A DNA stretch of 64,000 nucleotides from the human T2T-CHM13v2.0 reference genome, Homo sapiens: NCBI RefSeq assembly GCF_009914755.1, contig NC_060944.1. One strand, given 5' to 3'. Below are positions 58,320-64,000 of this stretch, one piece after another. Numbering within the stretch: position 1 is the stretch's first letter; each line of letters starts with the position of its first letter. Under the pieces are notes generated by a model. The model worked only from the letters and a program-made list of their open reading frames with translations, did not search any database and was not told where the DNA came from. The translations under genes and the position numbers were made by a program.

Positions 58320-58562
58320 AACAGCAGGAGCCACCAGCTAGCTCCTCCAGGCAGTCTAACCATTTTCCAGATGGTTCCCATCTTCAGAGGTCTTTCTGAT
58401 GAGTTTCAAAACTTGTGCCCTTGCAGTTTCCACTCAGGCCTATTAGTTCTGCCCTGTGGGCCTACAGAGAACATGCCTTTCAGATACTTGAAGACAGCAA
58501 TTATGACTCTCTCCAGCTGTTTACTGCTTTTCAAGTTAAACAGACCTCTCCTTCCATCATTG
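58320..58562 (-). mobile_element. L3/CR1 relic
   Basis: tagttctgccctgtggg...ttcagatacttgaagacagc...ttttcaagttaaaca resembles the reverse of the L3 3' region. Confidence 0.6.
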
Positions 58563-58584
58563 CTCAGGCATAATCCTCTGGGAT

Positions 58585-58775
58585 GACAGAAAGAACATGT
58601 TATCTGGGGACAGGTAACCCAGATCTGAATCCAGACCTCACTCATAGTCACTGTGTAACCCTGAGCACATCACACCTGCCTAACAGGGCTCCTGTGAGGA
58701 TTCCAGGGGGTCATATATATAAAGTGCTTAGCATAGTTGCTGCCTGACAGTGAAAGTTCAGTGGATGACATTGAT
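58585..58775 (+). mobile_element. MIR fragment
   Basis: ctgtgtaaccctgagca...gtgaggatt...taaagtgcttagcatagt. Confidence 0.55.
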
Positions 58776-59734
58776 GTTCATTGCTTTCCTGAAGAAAGTT
58801 CTGTCCAAATCCTAAAAGCAAAACAAATTTCCTGAACCCCATCAGGTCCGCTGCCTGCATGTAGAAAGAGGAGAGTAAAACCGATGCACACTGGACTCAC
58901 CCAAAGGCGGAAAAGGACAAGGAACCCAAAAAGGAAGATCCAGTGGGCCCACAGGCAGCCCTCCTAATGGAGCCTGGGCAGTGCCCTCTTCTTTTTGTTG
59001 GAAAAACAGCATGAAATATTTTTTGCTTTGTTGTTTGAGGCTGGAGTCCAAGAAAGACCCAGAAATGGTTGATATGAAGGATTTGGAGCAGGAAAATAGG
59101 ATACAAATTCAGAGTTAAGAGCTGGACAACGAGTTGGGTTATGAGGGCTTCCACCCCAGTCCGTTTCTTTCTTGCTCATGGTAGGACCCTAGACAATTCT
59201 TTTCCACTCTCAGCCTGCATTTTCTTAGCTGGGAAATGCCAATTCTAAGAGCTACTGGGATACAATTATATGCCACATGTGCGTTCACTCACTCAGTGCT
59301 TTTCAACACATGTTCACTGTATGCTCTGGGTGTACCAAAATGACAGCCTGTTCCTAACCTCAGGGGTCTCACTGTCTATTAAAAGTTTCCCTTAGGGTAT
59401 CATTCTGAATGGGAGGAGGAACTAGAAAAACACTTAGTTCCAGTGTGTCATGATAAACACACAGAGAAAAAGAAAACAGCAGCTGTGAGAATGTAGGGGA
59501 GGGGGATAAATTCTGAAGGAGAGGGACAGGAAAGGCTTCTTGGAGAAGGGATCTGTTCTCTGGCCAGTGCAACAGCCTTGGAGAGGACTTGTACCTCCTC
59601 TGCTCGTGCCTTTCACCATCCCCAAGGATATCTAGAGCAGGACCCTGAACACCGGATAATCAGTTTATACTGCTGAGTGGCAGGCTGATGTTCTGGGTGG
59701 TGTAACATTCTGCCCTTCTCTAATTTTTTGTCTG

Positions 59735-59762
59735 TGAGTCAGCCTTGCCTAGGTCAATAAAA
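59735..59762 (+). promoter_or_regulatory. Candidate DEFB115 proximal promoter: AP-1 site, AGGTCA half-site and TATA-like CAATAAAA
   Basis: TGAGTCA at 59735-59741, AGGTCA at 59751-59756 and CAATAAAA at 59755-59762, about 40 bp upstream of the ATG. Motif match only. Confidence 0.45.
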
Positions 59763-59799
59763 TGCTGAGTGCACACCCAGCTTCCCCAGCACACTCAGA

Positions 59800-59893
59800 A
59801 TGCTGCCAGATCATTTCTCACCCCTCTCAGGAGACATTAAACTCTCTGTCCTGGCCTTAGTTGTCCTTGTGGTCCTGGCTCAGACTGCCCCAG
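59800..59893 (+). CDS. DEFB115: Beta-defensin 115, coding exon 1 (signal peptide)
   Basis: ATG at 59800 gives MLPDHFSPLSGDIKLSVLALVVLVVLAQTAP plus 1 nt, then donor CAG|GTAAAC (phase 1, typical of beta-defensins). Missed by the ORF track because it is short. Confidence 0.93.
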
Positions 59894-61595
59894 GTAAACA
59901 GAACCATGGAGAGAAGGGAAAAGGGAGTAAGGATGGGGTCCTAACCACAGAATCACTGGAAAATTGAACATGTGTAGAAGCAAGGAGAGCCCACAGGGAT
60001 GGCTGAGATCTGATGAAAGGCTTATAATGAATATGCTCCCATAAGAAGGGCAGCCTGTCAGGCCTGACCATGGTGGTGGTTCTCATTAGGGAACCTGGAG
60101 AATATCTGCAGAGGCCAAGGTGTTTTATATGAAGTCCCTTCCATATGCAGAAGCAACCCCAACATCTCTAGTATCCTGAATGCCTCTGGCCCATATGTCA
60201 ACAGTCTCATCCTGTGAGTCTCTCACTTCAACCCCACTTTCAGTTGATACTACCTCTTCTAATAATCAGTCTCATTACTTCACTTCTCCACTGTTGTTGG
60301 GCTTTGAGTGCTCCTTTAAAGCAGGCAGAAGAGGCAACTTGCTCTTGTCTTGGAATATATGGTGAAAAAGTTGTAAGTTGATGTTTGATATCTACAGGTT
60401 TATAAAAACAGGCTCACAGTATGGAGCTGGGGTTACAGCAGAAGATTTTGGCTTTCAAGTTGAACACGCTCAAAGCTCTCTAACAGTATAAACAGGCATC
60501 ATGGCCAGGTGGTGAATAACTTTCTAATGGAAATGTTTTCCCCTTAGGCTTCCCAGGGGCTCTAAAGTTGATGATTTTTAATTCTGTGATTTCCTTTGGG
60601 TCGTTGCTGTTGGAAGTCACATCCTCTCTTGGAGCGGCTATTCAAGCTGAAAGCCTTTGCCAATCACTCAGTTGTTCTAGAAGCAAAAGAAGGTTATTCT
60701 GGGCTAACCCTGAGTTGGCTTGAGCATGCCTTATATTCCAGCGAGGGCAAGTAGAATAGAGGGAGTTGCAGATGCAAGAGACATTTTGGAGAAAGAATCT
60801 ACATATTGACTTATGAAATACTGGAAGAGAAAAGTGAGAGTCAATGTGACTGATTTTTTTCAGCCTGAACATTCTGGTAAAAGACAGAGAATTAGGAATT
60901 ATCTCCCAGAAGAAGAGTTTGGGGAAAAGACAAGTGGAAAGAATCCGTAGTTTAGATTAAGATATAATGATCCCTCAAATGAATCCAATGTGCTGAGAAA
61001 ACTGGGTTTGCAGTCTGCGTTGACTTAGAGTCACAGAAAATAAATCAGAGAAGGGCACAGTGTTAAACCCTCCCTGCACCCACCCCCCAACACACACACA
61101 CACAAACACAACTTCAGCCTGCAGCTCAGAAATGTAAATTGGTCATCCATTGTTCAGGGTCTTGCTTTAAACAACCCCTGGGGCAAGCACCCCTAGAACA
61201 AACAATGCCTGGCACATAGTAGATGCTCAACAAATTGTGGTTAGATGAATAATGAATGGAGAGAGGATAAAAAAGATAATTGAAGGCTTAGTCCCACTCC
61301 CTGGCAAGCATCTAGATTTAGAGAGGAAGTAGAACCAGATTTAGTGAGACTGTGAAAAATGACAGAGAAGAAAGTATCATAAGCATAGGAATAAAATTCA
61401 ATTAGAGCTGATTAGAGGAAGATAACTACTCCTAGTCATTAAACATGCACAAATTTATAACATTCCCATGAATGCCTTTAAGTGTCAAAATCAATGTTTC
61501 ACTCTAACCATTATTACTATTACCAACATCCTTTCTTTAATTGTATTTATTTTTCAAATGTATTTATATATTCATGTGTTTGCTTATTTTGATAG
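59894..61595 (+). other. DEFB115: DEFB115 intron (GT...AG, phase 1, 1702 bp)
   Basis: Donor gtaaac at 59894 and acceptor tgcttattttgatag ending at 61595. Splicing restores the frame (G+AT = Asp). Confidence 0.9.
61190..61260 (+). mobile_element. L2 3'-end fragment in the intron
   Basis: tgcctggcacatagtagatgctcaacaaat...gatgaataatgaatg. Confidence 0.7.
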
Positions 61596-61768
61596 ATGGA
61601 TGGATCAGAAGGTGCTATTATGGAACTGGCAGATGCAGGAAATCATGCAAAGAAATTGAGAGGAAGAAAGAAAAATGTGGGGAAAAACATATTTGCTGTG
61701 TCCCTAAAGAAAAGGATAAACTATCACACATTCACGACCAAAAAGAGACAAGTGAGCTATATATCTAG
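61596..61768 (+). CDS. DEFB115: Beta-defensin 115, coding exon 2 (mature six-cysteine peptide plus C-terminal tail)
   Basis: (D)GWIRRCYYGTGRCRKSCKEIERKKEKCGEKHICCVPKEKDKLSHIHDQKETSELYI* has the C-X6-C-X3-C-X9-C-X5-CC beta-defensin motif. Spliced CDS is 267 nt = 88 aa, matching human DEFB115 as I recall it. Confidence 0.95.
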
Positions 61769-62118
61769 TTGCGACTCCTAATTCAGAATTTTAAGTCATT
61801 ATAATGAGTCAATGAAATGGCTATCGGGGGCACCTGCATTTTCCTAGATCTCTGTCAAGTCTTCACAGGGCCCGTTAGAAAAACAAGCTCATTCCTGCTA
61901 TCAATATATCTCTCTAGCCTGCTGTAGCCCAACAATGCTCTAAGCTGTCCCTGGATATGACTAATAATAGTGGTTTTCAAGGTAAGAAAATTTTATAGGA
62001 TCTAGATCTTGAATTCCTAAACATCTGTCCGGGTCCCTGAATGTAGAAGTTTACCAGGTTAACGCAAATTGGACCTTAGCTACAGATTCTTACCTAATGT
62101 CTCATCCTGGAGAGTTGC

Positions 62119-62124
62119 AATAAA
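62119..62124 (+). terminator. First canonical AATAAA downstream of the DEFB115 stop (candidate polyA signal)
   Basis: ttgcAATAAAac, ~350 bp after the stop. A variant AATGAA lies at 61811-61816. Confidence 0.35.
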
Positions 62125-62327
62125 ACAGAGTAATCCAGAAAGTGTCCTTCTCTGTCTTTAGCTCAAAATTTAGCTCAAGGCTCTGCCATATGGTCTTACT
62201 CTTGGAACTTATCCCTTACCCCAAATTCCTAGGCACCTTTGGCTGTCCAAAGATTGGCATGCCCTCTGAGCAGGAGGAAACTATTCCTGCTCCCAAGCAA
62301 ATGGAAGAGGAAAATAAAAGGCCCAAG

Positions 62328-62550
62328 ATTTAGTGAGAACTTATTATGTGCAAGGTCTTGTCCTAAGCATTTTACTTCATTTTGTCCCAACAACAGCTCC
62401 AGGAGATAGGAACTAGTGTGCCCCTTCGCCAGAAGAGGAAACTAAGTCACAGAGAGTTTAAGTGACTTGCCCTAAATGGCACAGATAGCTAGTTCAGTAA
62501 CAGGACTTTGAACCTGCAATGCCTGGCTTCAGGTACCGTGCTTCCCCATA
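62328..62550 (-). mobile_element. MIR, near full length
   Basis: ttattatgtgcaagg...ctaagcatttta...agaagaggaaactaagtcacagagagtttaagtgacttgccc...aggactttgaacc is the reverse MIR core. Confidence 0.8.
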
Positions 62551-63169
62551 GTGGAAAGAGATTGCTGCATTACGAAAAGCTTCACTTTACCCTTCCCACA
62601 CAGAACCAACCTCTTTAACAGGGAAGGTGTGGTGAAGAAAGAGCTTTGTGTGCCCTCTTGTGGTTAAAATGTGTAATGAACCCAGTCCCAGCAGGTTCAT
62701 CCAGGTTCAAATAAAGGTTATCCTAGGTTGCACTCGGCTAGCGAGAAATGGCTCCGGCTTTACAGAGAGTTGCAGCTCAGGGGCCAATGCCAATCACATC
62801 TGAAGTTGAACAGTATCCATACCTTCTGTTGACACAACGATCTGGAGGACACAGTCCAAAGGCAAGGTACAGCAATCATCACAGTAATGGCAGCCACTAA
62901 CCCTTCAGCCCAGTTCCCAAAGTACTTCCTGTCAGTTCTCTCATTTCCCCCCACTAGAATACTATGAGGCATCTTCAAAATGGAAGCATTGGTCTGGACT
63001 ATAAACTCCATATACCTTTCAACCTTTAAGGCCTTCTTCATTCTTTACATTATGGTGAAAATCATGCACTCTCTACCTATGACTGCAGAAGATGCCACCT
63101 TAGAGAGCAAAGACATGGAAGATGAAGAGAGAGACTGGGAAATAGGAAATGTATACCTCAATCTGGGTA

Positions 63170-64000
63170 CTCAAACCATAACCCTAAAATACACCTTCTG
63201 TTCCTCCTTGCTTCCCCATACGCATATATCATGTTAGCCACGCAGACTTTCCAAGTCTGCTTCTATAGCACCTGCCCTTCATCTCTGCCTCTAGTCTTCC
63301 AGTTCAGCCATCATCTTTCCTTGTCCATTGCTGTGGAATGAATTTTGTGCCCCACCCCCCCAAAAATTGTGTGTTGAAGTCAGAACCTCCAGTGCTTCAA
63401 AATGTGACTGCATTTGGAGACAGAGTCTTGAAAGAGGTGACTGAGTTTAAATGAAGTCATTAGGACAGATACAAATTCGATCGGACTACTGTTCTTATAA
63501 GAAGAAATTAGGACAGAATTATTTTACAAATAATTATGACCCACAGCAAGAAGACCACGTTAAGATCCAAGGAGATCATGACCATCTACAAGACAAAGAG
63601 AGAAGACTCAGAAGAAATCAACCCTACTGACACCTTGATCTCAGATTTTTAGCCTCCTGAATTGTGAGAAAATAAATTTGTATTGTTTAAGCCACCTGAT
63701 CTGCGACACTTTGTTGTGACAGCCCTGGCAGACTGATACAGACATACCATAACATCAGCATCCTAGTCATCTCTTTTTCTCTCATTAGGACTTCGACTCA
63801 CTCCAGGCTTTTCATACAGTTGCCAGAAGAACATCTCTACAATCCAAATATGAAACTTTTTTCTTTCCAAATTGTCCAAAAGCTACATAACCCTTTCAGG
63901 AATCAATTCTCAACTCCCTTTATGATAATCCCTGCCTGCCTCAGTAGTTTTATATCCAGTTCCTCCTCCCTTTCAATTCCCACCTTGGACCTCCCAAAAC
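63170..64000 (+). mobile_element. Diverged L2 fragment split by the MLT1
   Basis: Pyrimidine-rich L2-like motifs on both sides of the LTR (cagccatcatctttcc...; catacagttgccagaagaacatct...; aatcaattctcaactccct). Confidence 0.45.
63329..63740 (+). mobile_element. MLT1 (MLT1B-like, ERVL-MaLR) solo LTR
   Basis: TG...CA ends. tgctgtggaatgaat...tgttgaagtc...aatgtgactgcatttggagacag...ctgacaccttgatctcaga...gtgagaaaataaattt...ttgtttaagccacc...cagactgataca. Confidence 0.88.

Noticed and set aside
59554-59694. Androgen-response elements (TGTTCT at 59554 and 59689)
   Set aside because: Half-sites only, with no matching partner hexamer at 3-bp spacing.
61541-61595. ORF-track N-terminus MYLFFKCIYIFMCLLILI as a single-exon signal peptide
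   Set aside because: It starts at a non-ATG codon inside the T-rich intron end. The real signal peptide comes from exon 1 through a clean phase-1 splice.

Overview
This is primate, almost certainly human, DNA spanning a heterochromatin-euchromatin junction. Bases 1-~47,608 are one uninterrupted, single-orientation Human Satellite 3 array ((GGAAT)n with GGACTCGAAT/GGAATCGAAT variants). The hundreds of MEWNG/HSIPF ORFs there are artefacts of the pentamer. After an abrupt edge comes ~16 kb of repeat-rich sequence: an old L1M split by a nested ERV1/Alu/Tigger stack, further Alus, MIR/L2/L3/MLT1 relics, an L2-derived minisatellite, and the two-exon beta-defensin gene DEFB115 (CDS 59800-59893 + 61596-61768, 88 aa). 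That gene places the window at the pericentromeric edge of 20q11.21. I found no convincing wholly new gene system. The best leads are the apparent loss of the ancestral start codon in DEFB115, the junction as an evolutionary breakpoint, layered structure inside the satellite, and perfect heat-shock elements formed in the pentamer lattice. Repeat family names are from memory of consensus sequences and need RepeatMasker/Dfam confirmation.
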